Shown here piece by piece: positions 1 to 13,694 of a stretch of 64,000 nucleotides of DNA. This DNA comes from Octopus vulgaris (Eukaryota), in contig OX597815.1 of NCBI GenBank assembly GCA_951406725.2, positions 45,942,001-46,006,000 of the forward strand. Reading direction: 5' to 3'. Each line of letters opens with the position of its first letter. Position 1 is the first letter of the stretch. Position numbers and translations under genes: made by a program. The notes beneath the pieces are model-generated. The model worked only from the letters and a program-made list of their open reading frames with translations, was not told the DNA's origin and searched no databases.

Positions 1-721
1 TGTAACTAACAATAGTTAGGATTAGAGTGGCCCATGATATTCAGCTGGTTGCGTGATGATGATGTAACTACTATAATTTAAGTGAGAATGAATAGAAATT
101 TGTACGAGCATCTTTCCTCGCAATGTCATTAACAGAGACAATAAAGTAAAACAGATAAAGTCAATCACTCATATGGTTCGATTGGTGTTTAACTCTTATT
201 CTACAAAATTTTACTACTACAACTAAAGCAGTAAAAATTGACAAATAACAATCCAACGGAGACTGCTACGTGATCGCCCGACCTTCTAGATAGGAGCGAA
301 GGCACGTGTTCTAGTGGTAAGGAGGTTCAGTTCCTGGACCGAGTGGTGTGTTGTATCATTGAGCAAGGCACTTCATTTCACATTGCTCTACTTTACTCAG
401 CTGCAAATTAATACCAATCGGTGCTTTGTTTCCAGCTGTAACATCCTGGATATACCGCTGGATAAAAAAATTCTAAAATAACAGATATCAAACTAAATGG
501 AGTTACTGCATGATCCCCCGACTCGCTAGCAACCAAACCTCCTGTCATAGTTGGTCACGTAGGTCTTCTTGACTAGAGTAGCTCTCGGACTAAACAGCAA
601 TAACAGCAACAACGAAAAATAATTTATTTAGCCAAGACAGGAGGCAAAGAGGATCGAATATAAAGGGAGAAGTTATAGTGAATTGCATTTGGTTATTTTA
701 CCTGGAATCATAAACAAATGG

Positions 722-1142
722 TCTCAAGCATTTGTCTTATGAAGAAAGGCTGAAGACGCTCGACCTTTATTCTCTAGAAAAACGACGACGCCGTGGTGAT
801 CTCATTCTTGCTCACAACATCATAAGCGGAAAGTGTAACCTCTCTAAAGAGCTGTTCTTCACTCCTGCTCCAGAGCGTCGGTTGCGGGGTCATTCCGAAG
901 AGCTCTATCTGCGACGATTTCATCTCAATCGAAGGAGAGGGGCTTTCTCCGTCCGGGTTGCGGATCCGTGGAATAAGCTGCCGGACGAGATAGGGAAGAT
1001 GCCGACGACCGCTCCGTTCAAAGTCTCCCTTGACCGGAAATGGCCTGAACTCTTTGCATGAACACCGCCCTGTACATAACTCCATGTCCCCCTACATGGC
1101 CTTGCTTTTTGCTTTTTGAGCCAAAAAATTAACTTAACTTAA
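722..1142 (+). mobile_element. 5'-truncated CR1/L2-type LINE 3' end (ORF2 C-terminus plus short-repeat tail)
   Basis: ORF 732-1061 YEERLKTLDLYSLEKRRRRGDLI...RLRGH...FSVRVADPWNKLP is the typical post-RT tail of CR1-group LINEs. Ends in (TTAAC)n. Confidence 0.85.
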
Positions 1143-3976
1143 ATACTGTGAAGTGTCAGTTAGCATTACTGGGCTGCAACTGGAATTGTTTTTATTGATG
1201 ATATTTACCATTATGGTTGCTGTTTAAAGGACTTTTATTTCTCCAAATTCAGTGAGTTGTGGCCTTGCTATTTTGATCTGGATCATATTTTATAAAATGT
1301 TTATACAACTGATTTCTGAATATTTGTTATTCTAACAGAATACCTCTATTTTATTAAAATCTACTCCCTGATTCTTCTGGGGAACTCTCTGCTATAAAAT
1401 TGTGGCCAAGTTATTATGATTACAATAATGTTGTTTATATGAAATGATAACGGAACGTGACTAGAAAATTATATAAGCATTAACAGTTGCATCAATTTAG
1501 AAAGAATGAAAGGCAATACTACAATTTCTCCATCGCTAGATTTACAAATAGATGAGAAAATTCATATGAATTCAACTTCCTAATCCAATCAACTTATAAT
1601 TTCGAAAGCTACCTTAGCTATAAAGAGAAATATTATTTCTTGTAAATGCATTAAAAGCTCTGTATATCACCCTTGTGGACATCTAAATCATTCTATTCTA
1701 GCTCAGCAAAATGCAAGCAACATGATGCTAAACCGCAATGAAAAGTACGTGGTAATGACCATATAATAGTTAACATCATTTCATTTTCGACATCCTGTCC
1801 TACTTTCTCTCATAGGTCTCTATTCGTGCTAAGTCACATTGAACAACTGATGAAGGAATTTGGCATACTTATTCTATCAGTCATTTTGCCGAGCCGCTAA
1901 TTAACGGGAACGTAAACACACCAGCATCGGTTGTCAAGTGATGTTGGGTTGACAGACAGACCGACAGATAGACAAACAGACAGACAGACAGACATACACA
2001 CACACAATACTCTTTTCCTTGTTCGTCATGCAACTGCGGCCATGCTGGAACACTGCCTTTAGTCGAGCAAATCGACCCCAGGACTTATTCTTTGTAAGCC
2101 TAGTACTTATCCTATCGGTCCTTTTACTGAACCGCTAAGTAACGGGGACGTAAAACACCAGCATCGGTTGTCAAGTGATGTTGGGTTGACAAACACGAAC
2201 ACACACACACACACACGCACACACACACGCACACACACACACACACACGACTGGCTTCTTTCAGTTTCCGTCAACCAAATCCACTCACAAGGCTTTGGTC
2301 GGCTCGAAGCTATAGTAGAAGACACTTGCCCAAGGTGCCACGCAGCGGGACTGAACTCGGAACCATGTGGCTGGTAAGTAAGCTACTTACCACACAGCCA
2401 CTCCTATTTTCAAATAGCTAAAACTGCAAATAAGTAGAACAGATATAACCTAATCCTAGGTATAGACTAGAAGACAAAAGAAACTTCCACATTTTTTCAA
2501 TATCTTCATTTAATTTTTTAAAAGATTTATTTACGTACTCATTTTACCATGTTTTTCATGTATACAAAATTCTCAGACGATATTTACTCAATATTGTAAG
2601 CTGTATTCAATTACTTTTACTGTATTTTTTGTACTTCCCGGCGTTGCTTTTAACGTAGCAGAAATACGATTGAAAACAACTCAGGCCAAAGGACATGTCG
2701 TTTTTCATTGTGTGATTTGAAATATCTTGGTTGTCCATGGAATTAAAATGTCTCAGCTTTCTTTGTGCATCTGTTTACATTACGTGTCTAAATCTTTTGC
2801 TCTGCCAGTTATCGTTACTTGTATATGCTTATGTTTGTTCACATTGTATTGTAGATGAATCAAATATCTGTATATCTATATATCTACGTATTTCTTTCTT
2901 TCTCTCTTTCTTTGTTTCTTTGTTTCTTTGTTTCTTTCTTTCTTTGATTTTCTTTTTTGCTTAATATCTTTTCATTGTCCGTTTCATAATTTTCCAAGTT
3001 CAGGTGTCGTAAGTCTTAAATAACACTATAATGGAGCTAGTTTCTGACTAGTAAACTTATACTACTTCTTGTTTTACCACTGTTTTGTTGTTGGTGGTAG
3101 TGTTTAGCCATAAGAAAGCCATTTCAGAGTAGATCTATGATCAAAACTGTTCCAGATGTGACCACTCCGTCTTATTTTTTCTACAACTACATAATGCAAT
3201 ACTTTCCCTTTTTAAGACTATTACGTGATTTGTGAAAGATTTCTTTGCTATTTTTTGTATTTAGGGATGGCAGAGCTAAAAGTCTTAATCATCTTAATTG
3301 ATACTGTCACCTGATGAAGTGTATTGTCACTTAGTATTAATCAATGAAATAATTTTGTTTGAATCAGCACAAGATTAACCGCCGTTACCCAAATTCGCAG
3401 ACCTAACGAGGAGCCTGATAGAAATAAAAAAATTCTAAAATCGCACTCTGCCGGCTTAAAAAAGGATATTTAAATAGTGTACTAGATATCCCGAAAAAGA
3501 CGGGTCGGTCATGGCTGGGAAGCCTTTGATCATAAGTCTGCTCGGCCAGGACTGACGTTCCAGTTAAACAGCAACTTGCTGTCTTAATAATAACAGTAAT
3601 GATTTCAAATTCTGGCCTAAAATATATGGTGTCACGTATTTTGCTGACTTCTGAAGGACGAAAAGCATAACCTACCATGACTAAATACAGTACAAGATTT
3701 TTTCCGGCTATCAACTGTCACTACCGCCTTTAATAATATTAATAGCACCAGTTTTGTGAAAGTGATGCAGTCAATTCGGCTGACAAAGTTGCAAATAATT
3801 GTGTGGTGTAAATAATAGTAAATATAATAACAGCATTTTTGTTATCGCGATAGTCATACTCCTGATACTGATAAGCTTAAAAATATAATATGTATATAAT
3901 AGCAATGTTATGTTAACAGTATTGACATTATGATTTCTGGTCACCGTGTTTCTTTAGTGACATCAAAGCTGACCTC

Positions 3977-4046
3977 TGCTGTTAATGTTGTTGGAGTTTG
4001 GCAGTATTCCATGCTGTTAATGTTGTTGGAATTTGGCAGTATTCCA
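3977..4046. repeat. 35-bp tandem duplication
   Basis: TGCTGTTAATGTTGTTGGA(G/A)TTTGGCAGTATTCCA twice. Confidence 0.9.
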
Positions 4047-4049
4047 GTT

Positions 4050-4590
4050 GAACAAGAAGTCGACAATACACTCCCATAAAGGATGATTTAAAGGTTCATG
4101 TGACTGTAAAGATCAATAACTGATTATCAAAGCCATAAACAAATACTGTAGGAGAAAGAAAGATTTTAAGTTGGTGTGACTACTATAAAGCTTTTCACGG
4201 TGTGTCTCCAAACATGGATGCTAGGAAGATTAATTATGAGTTAAGTAGCATCAATAATAAACGGATACATTTAGTCTGTCGTGAGTAAATGGCAAACAAT
4301 CTTATAGGTATAGACAAAAGAAAGAATTATAAAAAAGTTACCTAATATTTGTTGGACGAAGAATATTCAATGGGGTTTATGTGTCCATTTCTTTCTTTCC
4401 TAGTTCAAATTCTTTTAAGTAATATGTAAAACCAAAACGGACTTGGATAAACATGCTATGAGAGGGTAAATAACCATCTTTTGTATATAGCAATCTCAAA
4501 GTGTACGTTGCAGATGATAAACAGCTAAAAACACTGCCGCAGAGAGTACATGGATTTACTAGAGGAATTGATGTGAAATTCTAGGGTAAC
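4050..4590 (+). mobile_element. Highly decayed R4/Dong-type reverse transcriptase fragment
   Basis: Frameshifted pieces WCDYYKAFHGVS (cf. WxDYxKAFDSV) near 4173-4208 and NHLLY..LKVYVADDKQLKTLPQRVHGFTRGIDVKF (cf. NHLLYMDDLKLY...MKFG) near 4472-4581. Confidence 0.6.
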
Positions 4591-6909
4591 CATGAAGAAA
4601 GAAAAATTGAATAAGAACACCAATGAGATGGAAAATAAAAGAATGTGTGGAGATTAAGAAGAAACAATTTATCACTTGTCTCTATCTGTTTGCGGGCAAT
4701 ATTTGGATCAAAATGCAAAAAAAAAAAAAAAAAAGGCCTTGGCAATAGTTTGCGTAAAGTGCTTCTGAGGATCATTTAGTAATTTGTATTAATATATTGT
4801 TTCGCACACCTAACATAATTGGGGCTCATCACCTCGCTATTCTACACTGAATTTGTCAAGAGATGGTCCCATATATCCTTTATGCATTTTATCCGTTCTT
4901 CGTTTGTCGTGCAAATTATTGCGAATTTCAATACGGCGCGAAGGAAAATGAGCTCAATTTCTCTTTAATGTTTTCGTTCTTTTGGCATGTGTTATTTATT
5001 TTAATTTCCTTCATTTCTTGCCTTTCCCAGTTACACTAGCAGACTTCCACTCTTCTCATTTTCATCTCCTTGTCATTTCAAAAGACGATGGGCTGTAGCT
5101 GTTGGCTAGGAACAGCAGCCTCTCGCTACCTGCTGTTTCTGTACCTTTTCCAATGTCTTTTCTTTCTTTTTAGCTTCAACTGTCTACGAATTACTTAAAT
5201 GATCGTTATCTCCACATGTTTAGTAACTGGGCTTTCTCTTCTGAACGACCAGTAATAAAGCTTTTCTCTTAACATCAACTACAGGACATAAATTTTGGAT
5301 TGTTTTGTGATTATGTAAATGTTGAGATAGCCTTTTCTGTTTTATTGGCGAGAATTAAGGGGTAAAATCTAGTCCTATGTTTAAATTGTCATATGGTTAG
5401 TTTGTTTATGGTGATGTTCAGTATTGCACATTCCACATTTCCTACTTTTGCATTTGATTTAAAGTGCACAATCAGGTTTTGTGGCAGTGGTAGATTTGCA
5501 AGTACGTTATTCAAAATCCTAATAAAATTTCATTTCAATTTTTCTTATCCAGTCTTGCTTTTCTAAACCACAGCTAGGACTATAAATGTGTTTCTAGTCA
5601 TTCTAAACAATAACTTTGTATTCAGACAGCAGATACTAAATTCTTTTTCTTGCATAATATGCATGTGTTCAATATCCCTTGGATTTCTTCCCGTTCTTTT
5701 TTCTAATAATTATTTCTAACCAATAACAAATGGACAGCTATTCCAGGATTTTAAATTACACATGAGCCACGCAAAAAAATTAGAATGTAAGCTATTAAAT
5801 ATTTCTCTTCTTTTAAGCAATATATCTTTATCTTTTATAAACTTTCATTTTAAATTCCATCAGATTTCCTTCCATACATCTTTAATTTTCTTTATGTTTA
5901 TTTAGGCTCCTTCATCATCAGATCTCACCTTTCTGGCGCTGAGCATGGCATATCTTCTGACTACTATTTTCCACGGAGTACATATATACCCGCGCATTTT
6001 AAGTGCTAAATATATCATTCCATTTTAACTTTATTTCCTGGTATATGCTTTTAATGCCTTTTACATCTCTGCCTTTAGTAATCTTTCGTAAATATTCTCT
6101 CATAATTTCTTTCTGCAATTGTAAATTCTCACTTTCTGGATAGTCCTTGGCAGCAACAATTTACTGTCAATTAGCCTTCATCATCATGCATTTGTAGATT
6201 GGCAATATATCAGAATATAATTGCTTTGGCATATTCTAAGATTTAGACGCTTTGGAGTATCCTAAATTTATATAATTTTTTTCTTTTGGTATAACATAAA
6301 CTTGGCATAACTTCCTGTGCATGAAAGTCCGGTCTCTGCCATACAGGTTGATACATTCTCTCTTGGCTAACACTTGGCTGCCAGAGACACTGCAATAAGT
6401 TGTTTATTCTCATCAGCTACATATTTTTATCTATCATGATATAGTGTTATTAGTTAAAATTCTTCTCTTCATGGTTGCCTTCGAATAATTTGCTAAAAAG
6501 AATTTCATATCAATTCCTCTATTGTTGATAATTTAAGCAAAAGACCAGACATTTTTGAGGGGTTTAGTCGCTTACATTGATCTCGGTACTTCATTCGTAT
6601 TTTACTTTTCAGAGGGATGAGGATGACAAGCAAAGTTTATCTCGGCGGAATTTGAACATAGTATCATAAATCCATGAATTGTCTGCAGCAGTGGTTTTAG
6701 TTGTTTATAATCTGTAGCTTACAACTTGAGGTCGTCCAGATACGAAACTGCTCAAAGCAATTTTTGGAGAAGAGAAACTGCATAAAATTACTTAGGACTG
6801 TGGTGCGCTCTAGGACTTATAAGGACGAAGATTAATTTAGTGTCCAAGGCGTATAAGTAATTAAGATTACAAAATGTCTCCAACCACGAACGGGATGCTG
6901 GTCCGAAGC

Positions 6910-7024
6910 AACCGGAAATTAAGTGTTTCGCTCAAGAACTCAACGCATCATCCGGCCCGGGAATCGAAACTACAATCTTACGATCATGAGTGCAACACCC
7001 TAACCCTGGGCCACGCGACTTCAC
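6910..7024 (-). mobile_element. Third tRNA-type SINE head (family C)
   Basis: GAAGTCGCGTGGCCCAGGGTTAGGGTG...GTTTCGATTCCCGG...CTTGAGCGAAACACTT. Related decayed copy at ~298-410 (+). Confidence 0.55.
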
Positions 7025-7863
7025 GTGCACTACATCACCAGAAATGAGACAATAGAAAGAAAGGATCAGAATTGTAGGGCTCCCTGATCTGACCCAGGTA
7101 GAGATTTCTCACCGGTATGTCAGTGGGTTACCCAATTTATATGGAATATTTTATATTTAAATTATATTTTGTTTTAGTTATTACGTGTTTTATATTGTTT
7201 CATATTTAATCCGTTTTAAATTCATATCAAATTCTTAATGTTCTTTGCACAAAGTCCTCATCCACCTCAAATTTTTTAATACAAATTTGACTCGACTATC
7301 CCATCACTATTTTCGTTACCCCGAGTAGTTAGTTTTATTTGTACATATGCGTGGACCCATGTGTCCAATAAGGAAAAAATGATACTGACAATAATAATAA
7401 TAATAATAATTTCTAATATAGGCACAAGGCCTGGAATTTGTGGGGTGGGGGATAGTCGATCACATTGACACTAGTGTTTCACTGGTACTTAATTTATCGA
7501 CCCCGAAAGGATGAACGGCAAAGTCGACCTCGGCGGAATTTGAACTCAGAATGTAGCGACAGGTGAAATACCGCTAAACATTTTGCCCGGCGTGCTAACG
7601 ATTCTGCCAGTTCGCCGCCTTGATAATAAAAATAATAATGATAATAATAATAATGGCTTCAAATTTTGCCATAAGACAGCAATTTTGTGGGAGGGAATGA
7701 GTCAATTACATGGACACCATTGTTTCACTGGCACTTAATTTATCGATCGCGAAAGGATGAAAGGCAAAATCAACCACGGCGGAATTTGAACTCAGAACGT
7801 AGCGATGGGCGAAATATCGCTAAGCATTTTTGCCCGGCGTGCTAACCAATCTACCAGCTCGTC

Positions 7864-7940
<77 letters not shown>

Positions 7941-7943
<3 letters not shown>

Positions 7944-8647
7944 CAGTGGACCACCTAATCTCTGGATGTAAAGTCTTAGCACCAGTGGAGTATAAATTAA
8001 GACATGACAGAGTTGGCCAATATCTCCACTGGCTAATAAGTCGGCATTACAATATCAAAACTGCCGACAAATGGTATAATCACCACCCTGAGGCTGTAAC
8101 TGAAGGAGAAAATGTAACCATTCTGTGGGACTTTCCAGTACATACAGACCGAACCATCAAGGCCAATAAACCAGATATTGTTGTGAAAGACCAAAACAAT
8201 AAAGTTTGCTTATTGATCGACATGAGCATCCCCTGTGATCATAATATCTCAGCGAAAGAGTTTGACAAGCTCAGAAAATATAAAGACCTACTCATTGAAA
8301 TTGAGAAAATGTGGCATCTCAAGGCGGTTACAATACCAGTGATCGTAGGAGCACTAGGAATGATCAAGAAGGGAACCGAAAATTATATGAGAATGATCCC
8401 TGGCTTACCATCCCTGCAAGAAGTGCAAAAGATTGTCTTAACTGGTACATCACACGTATTGAGAAGAGCATTGTCGATGTGAGAACTGTTGCTGCTCATG
8501 TATTTTAATTTAACTTAAAAAAAAAAAAAAACGAACTACTGAGTTTGGTTTAATGGCCTACCAATATATACTATGAGTTTCTTTGCCCTAGGAGTCGGGA
8601 AGACACTTGGCAAGAAATGGAAGCAAATTTGAAAGAAGAAAAAAATG
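7941..8647 (+). mobile_element. 5'-truncated R4/Dong-clade non-LTR retrotransposon (restriction-like endonuclease domain plus 3'UTR) inserted in (TAA)n
   Basis: Open frame to 8482: TVDHLISGC, RHD, LWDF...NKPDIVV...LLIDMS...KYKDL...PVIVGALG (end of CCHC finger plus PD-D/ExK nuclease). Flanked by (TAA)n at 7866-7940 and from 8648. Confidence 0.9.
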
Positions 8648-10506
8648 TAATAATAATAATAATAGTAGTAGTAGTAGTAGTAGTTTCAAAATTTGGTACA
8701 AGGCCAACAATTAAAGGAGAAGGGGGCGGTTAGTCGATTACAATAACACCAGTGTTTGTCTAATTCTTATTTTACCAAACCTGATGAAAGGCAAAGGTAA
8801 CCTCAATTAGATTTCACCTCAGAATGTAAAGAGCTAAGCATTTTATCGTTTCTGCCAGCTCTTTCACTTCTTTCTAATTGTGGCACCAGACAAGCAAAGT
8901 TGAAGGAACGGGCAAATCGATTACAACGACCCCATTACTTGACAAGTTCTCATTTTATTGACCCCGAATATAAGGCAAAGCTGACCTCAGAATGCAAAGA
9001 GTAAGCAGAAATGCTACTGAGCATTTTCCTCCGACGGGCAAGATCGTCACATAAATCGTCCGATTTTGCCAGCTCTCGACCTAAATAAAAATAATTCAGG
9101 CACACAGCTTGAAAAGTTTTTGTTGGGGAGGGGCTAGTCGATTACGTCGATTCAGTGCTCAACTGGTACGATTTTATCCATTCCGAAAGGTTGAAAAGCA
9201 AAGTCGACTTGGCGGAATTTGAACTCAACTTAATGACGGACGAAATACCGTTAAACAATTTGCCCAGTGTGCTAACGATTCTGCCAGATGGCAGCATTAG
9301 TAACTCTAAATTTCGAAATTTCGCACGAGGCCAACAATTTTGAAGTAGGAAGTAGGCGATTACATTGATACTTATTTTATCGACTTCGAAAGGATGAAAG
9401 GCAAAGTCGACTTCGACGACATTTGAGCTCAGATTGTAAATCCGGAAGAAATGCCAGTAAGCATCTTGCCCGCTCTTAACTATTCTGCCAGCTTGCTGGC
9501 TTCAAATTTTTCCAAAGTTTGGCATAAAGCCAGCAATTTTCAGGGGCAGGGTAAATCGATTATTCGATTATATCTACCCCGAAAGGATGAATGGCAAAGT
9601 CGACCTCAGTGGTATTTGAAATCAGGATGTCATGTTCAAATTACCCCGAGGTCGATTTTGCCTTTTATACTTTTTGGGGTCGATAAAATAAGTAACAGTG
9701 CAGTACTGGGGTCGATGTAATCAACTAACCCCTCCCCAAAATGTCCGGCCTTGTACCGATAGCCGAAAGTATTACTATTATATCACTTGGACAGTGGATG
9801 AAGAGAATTGTTTGGGTGTCGAACAAAATACCCTGAGGTATTTATTTTGGTTCTTTATGGTCTCAGCTGAAGTCCTACAAGGATTGATGTAATCGATTGC
9901 TCCCCACCCCATCAAAAAGAATTTCAGGTGATGTACCTCTCATTGAAAGGATTATTATTAGATATATCTTATGATACCTTTTTATTAAGTTGCCACAAGG
10001 ACTTGGTTTCGACTCTAATTTGAAATTACTCCACCTTACGTTATTTACGACGTTGTAAATGTCTCAGTTTCTGATTCTTTCTGTAAGTATCGGCGTTTCT
10101 ATCACTTACATAAGAAACAAATCTTTTCTAGCACTAAGAGGACGGTGAGCTGGCAGAATCGTTAGCCCTCCGGGATACGTGATTAGCAGCATTTCCTGTC
10201 TTTATGTTCTGAGTAAAAATTCTGCCGAAGTCGACTTTGCCTTTCATCCTTTCGGGATCGATAAAATAAGTACCAGCTGAACATTGGGGCCAACGTAATC
10301 GACCCATTCACTCTCCCTCCAAATTGTTGGCCTTGTGCCAAAAATTTGAAATCAATATTTTTCTGGTTATAATTGTAATCTATACGGCTTTGCTGAAGAG
10401 TTTGTGAAAGAATTTGCACTAACAATTGAAACTGGATCGTGGGTTGGAATCGGAATCTAGAGAATATTGATTTCAAAATTTCCCAAGGTCAGCAATTTCG
10501 AGGGAG

Positions 10507-10660
10507 GTGGGAGGAAGTTAAAATAATAGACAGAGAACACCACTGGAAAATACGAAAACTAAAAGAAGCAGAACATATTCTAGGACACAACAACCTTCTA
10601 AGTAGACTGAGTGCTGATATGAACAGCATATAGGAACCGGTATTAAGGAAGGATAGGAGA
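10507..10660 (+). mobile_element. Penelope-like element fragment (GIY-YIG C-terminus)
   Basis: WEEVKIIDREHHWKIRKLKEAEHILGHNNLLSR matches the usual W..vkIl..E..w..Rki.Ea..I...LNR end of PLE endonucleases. Confidence 0.65.
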
Positions 10661-11029
10661 ATATTAGATTTATAAGCCCTAAAATTCACTCCATAATTGC
10701 CACGGGCATATGGCGTAGTGGTTATTTTATCGACTTCGAAAGGATGAAAGGCAAAGTCAACCTCTGCGAAATGTAAACTCAGAACGTAAAGACGGACGAA
10801 ATGTCTCCGAGCATTTTCCCGGGGTTGCTAAAGATTCTGTCAGCTCGCTGCCTTAGTAACTCTTGTCATATTATTAATAATTATAATTATCTTCCAAATA
10901 AAGCAAATATTAGTAAAATATAAGATTGCGTTTTCTTTCTAAAATATATAAGATTTAATAATTTTAAAATATTGTTTTCATTCGTATATATCTATTTTCT
11001 AATAAAATTCATAAGAGAAACGCTGCAAA

Positions 11030-11512
11030 TTTATTATTTAACAGGATAAGATGAGAAATTTTACATAAATTCACGATAGTATTGATAAGTGTTTCATTGT
11101 TGTTTACCTCCCAAACAGTCGCTCAATGGAGCAGACTTATAACAACAGAGGTTTCATTCGTGACTATCCCGTCTTTAATATGAATTACGGGGTCACGTTA
11201 TCTAATGGGGTGTTTACTTTTTAAGATGTAAGAGTGTAGGATGAGGGAAATTGGCTGTCATTTCTAGGAGGGCGAACGACCATGTGGAGTTTACATTGTT
11301 GTTGCTAAATTGAAATCCTGTAATGAGAGATAGTAATCAACAGATTGATCTATCCGAGACAAACTACACGAAACAAAATAATCAGTGAAACATTAAACAT
11401 CCAGTGTGTAACGGTATATCACATCAACTTCGTAGCAAGTAATCTAAAGCACAGCATTTATGTTATTAGGGCCATTGACAAAATAATTCTAATGAAACTT
11501 TGATTTAGTCGA
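11030..11512 (-). other. Candidate terminal exon of the chitin-binding gene (adds V-D-stop, then 3'UTR)
   Basis: Acceptor TTTTCTCAG| at 11513. A phase-1 join gives G|TC GAC TAA. AATAAA on the minus strand at 11035-11030. Speculative without transcript data. Confidence 0.3.
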
Positions 11513-11874
11513 CTGAGAAAACGATAAATTGAATAGTTCTTCTTTTCTTTGCCACCAGTAGAGAGTGAGAGATAGATAGATAGATAGAAAGAGGTAGTAA
11601 GATAGTAGGAAAACAACGTAAAGAACCGGAAGAAATACCTCGAAGAATTTTGTCTGCCTTCTTAACGATACTACCAGCACACTACCTTAAAAATAATACT
11701 AATCCTTTCTGATATACGTACAACGCTTGAAATTTGGTTGTGAAGAGGTTAGTCAATTACATCGAATCTATAATGATGAAAGGCTAAGTCGACGTCGTAG
11801 AGTCGGACGAAATGCCGCTAAGCATTTTGGCTGGAGTGCTAACGATTTTGCCAATTCGTTACCTCAATAACAAC

Positions 11875-11912
<38 letters not shown>

Positions 11913-11914
<2 letters not shown>

Positions 11915-12468
11915 GCCCTGATGCAGTACCAGGCAGTGGCGCTCGTGGGTTCTGATCTTAACTGATTGAAAGTGTTATTATGTACATTGTTTTGTCTTGG
12001 TATAAAAGATGGGCTACAGCAAATATTCTGCTCAATACCACAGATTTGCTTGTCAGTTGCTTGACCTTAACCAGCTGAGTATGTCCCTTAGTGGCTGACA
12101 ATATGTGCATCTCTGATCACGAGCAGAAGTAGTGGGGGAGCACCATAGCCATGTGTTGAGAGGAATTCTTTGGAGTTCGAATAATTCACCTCTGGAAACA
12201 TGGGTATTTCGTTCAACATCCTTAAACAACCCTTATTCAGGGACCTTTTGAGCAGGATGGAATACTCGACCAGAAGAAAATTCTAACTTGGCCCCACCTG
12301 CAAGGTCATGTGCTGTTTATTATGATATGAGATCACCATGTCGCGCACATATGGTTGTGATGCACGTGCCTGGTGTACCCTTATCAGACGGATAGTCATG
12401 ATGGGTATACTGGGCTTCGTATATTTTACCCCAGTGTCACTTTGATGGCATGAACTGCTCTCTCACTC
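11913..12468. mobile_element. Non-coding ~556 bp cassette bounded by (TAA)n on both sides
   Basis: Sharp transitions from pure (AAT)n to complex, more GC-rich sequence and back. No recognisable ORF. Confidence 0.55.
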
Positions 12469-12517
<49 letters not shown>

Positions 12518-12729
12518 GGCGCATTAGGTGTGATAAAAAACATTCAGAGAAATACATAATTAAAACACCAGGACATGGAAGTAGTGCTACTAAGCACGGC
12601 ACACATCCTACGTAAAACATATTCAATACAGTGAAAATAAGAGCACAACAACATACCATAACACGTACCCAAGGCAGACAGAGCTGCACTCGGTAGTCCA
12701 GTGAAAGCACGTGATAAAAACAAGACTGT

Positions 12730-12731
<2 letters not shown>
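12518..12731 (+). mobile_element. Short 3' end of a second R4/Dong family in (TAA)n
   Basis: GALGVIK..SEKYIIKTPG and VVLLSTAHILRKTYSIQ* parallel GALGMIKKG...IVLTGTSHVLRRALSM* of the 7941 copy, but the 3'UTR differs. (TAA)n on both sides. Confidence 0.75.
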
Positions 12732-12771
<40 letters not shown>

Positions 12772-12935
12772 GATTCTTTATGTTCAATTGGAAAATGATA
12801 CATATATCATTCCTATATCCACATTTTCGGAAAATATAAATACAAAAGACTCAAGTGTTCTAGCTTATAAACAAAGATTTTTACTCGATTTCGCATCAAG
12901 ATACTGTTTGTAATGTGAATGACACACACACACAT

Positions 12936-12982
<47 letters not shown>

Positions 12983-13246
12983 ACACACACACATACAAAC
13001 ACTTATACACACATGCACTTTATATAATATATACAAGTATATATATAAACTTAACGAAGCATGCTATGATAAAACCTTTGTTATATATTCACTCATACAC
13101 ACATACATATACATACAAACGTACATACATACTTACACACACACACAAATCGATAATATATATATATATATATGCATATGTATACGTGGGCACAGGACGT
13201 ACATAATACATACATACATAGATATATGTACATACATACATCTTTA

Positions 13247-13316
<70 letters not shown>

Positions 13317-13420
13317 GAGAGAGAAGGAGAAAGAAGGAGAGGTAGATGGAGTGATGGCTAGATAGCTATCTAGATAGAATGACAGGTAAATTGACAGATA
13401 GACAGACAACCATATATATA

Positions 13421-13488
<68 letters not shown>

Positions 13489-13604
13489 GAAAGAGAGAAA
13501 GGGAGAGAAAAAGTGTGTGTGTATGCGTGTGTTAAGCTAAAGTGAAATTGAAGAATTAATAAGTATATTTGAGAAATATATATATATGTATATATATATA
13601 TGTA

Positions 13605-13673
<69 letters not shown>

Positions 13674-13694
13674 TGGCTATAACAAGCAGCTTAC

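Noticed and set aside
3311-3360. CTGATGA...GAAA hammerhead-like core (also CTGATGA at 1848)
   Set aside because: No convincing stem I or III at 3311; the 1848 motif is cut by a SINE and cannot be folded.
4760-6430. Strand-biased stretch that looks like decayed minus-strand coding sequence
   Set aside because: Many stops and no motif I can assign; needs a translated search.
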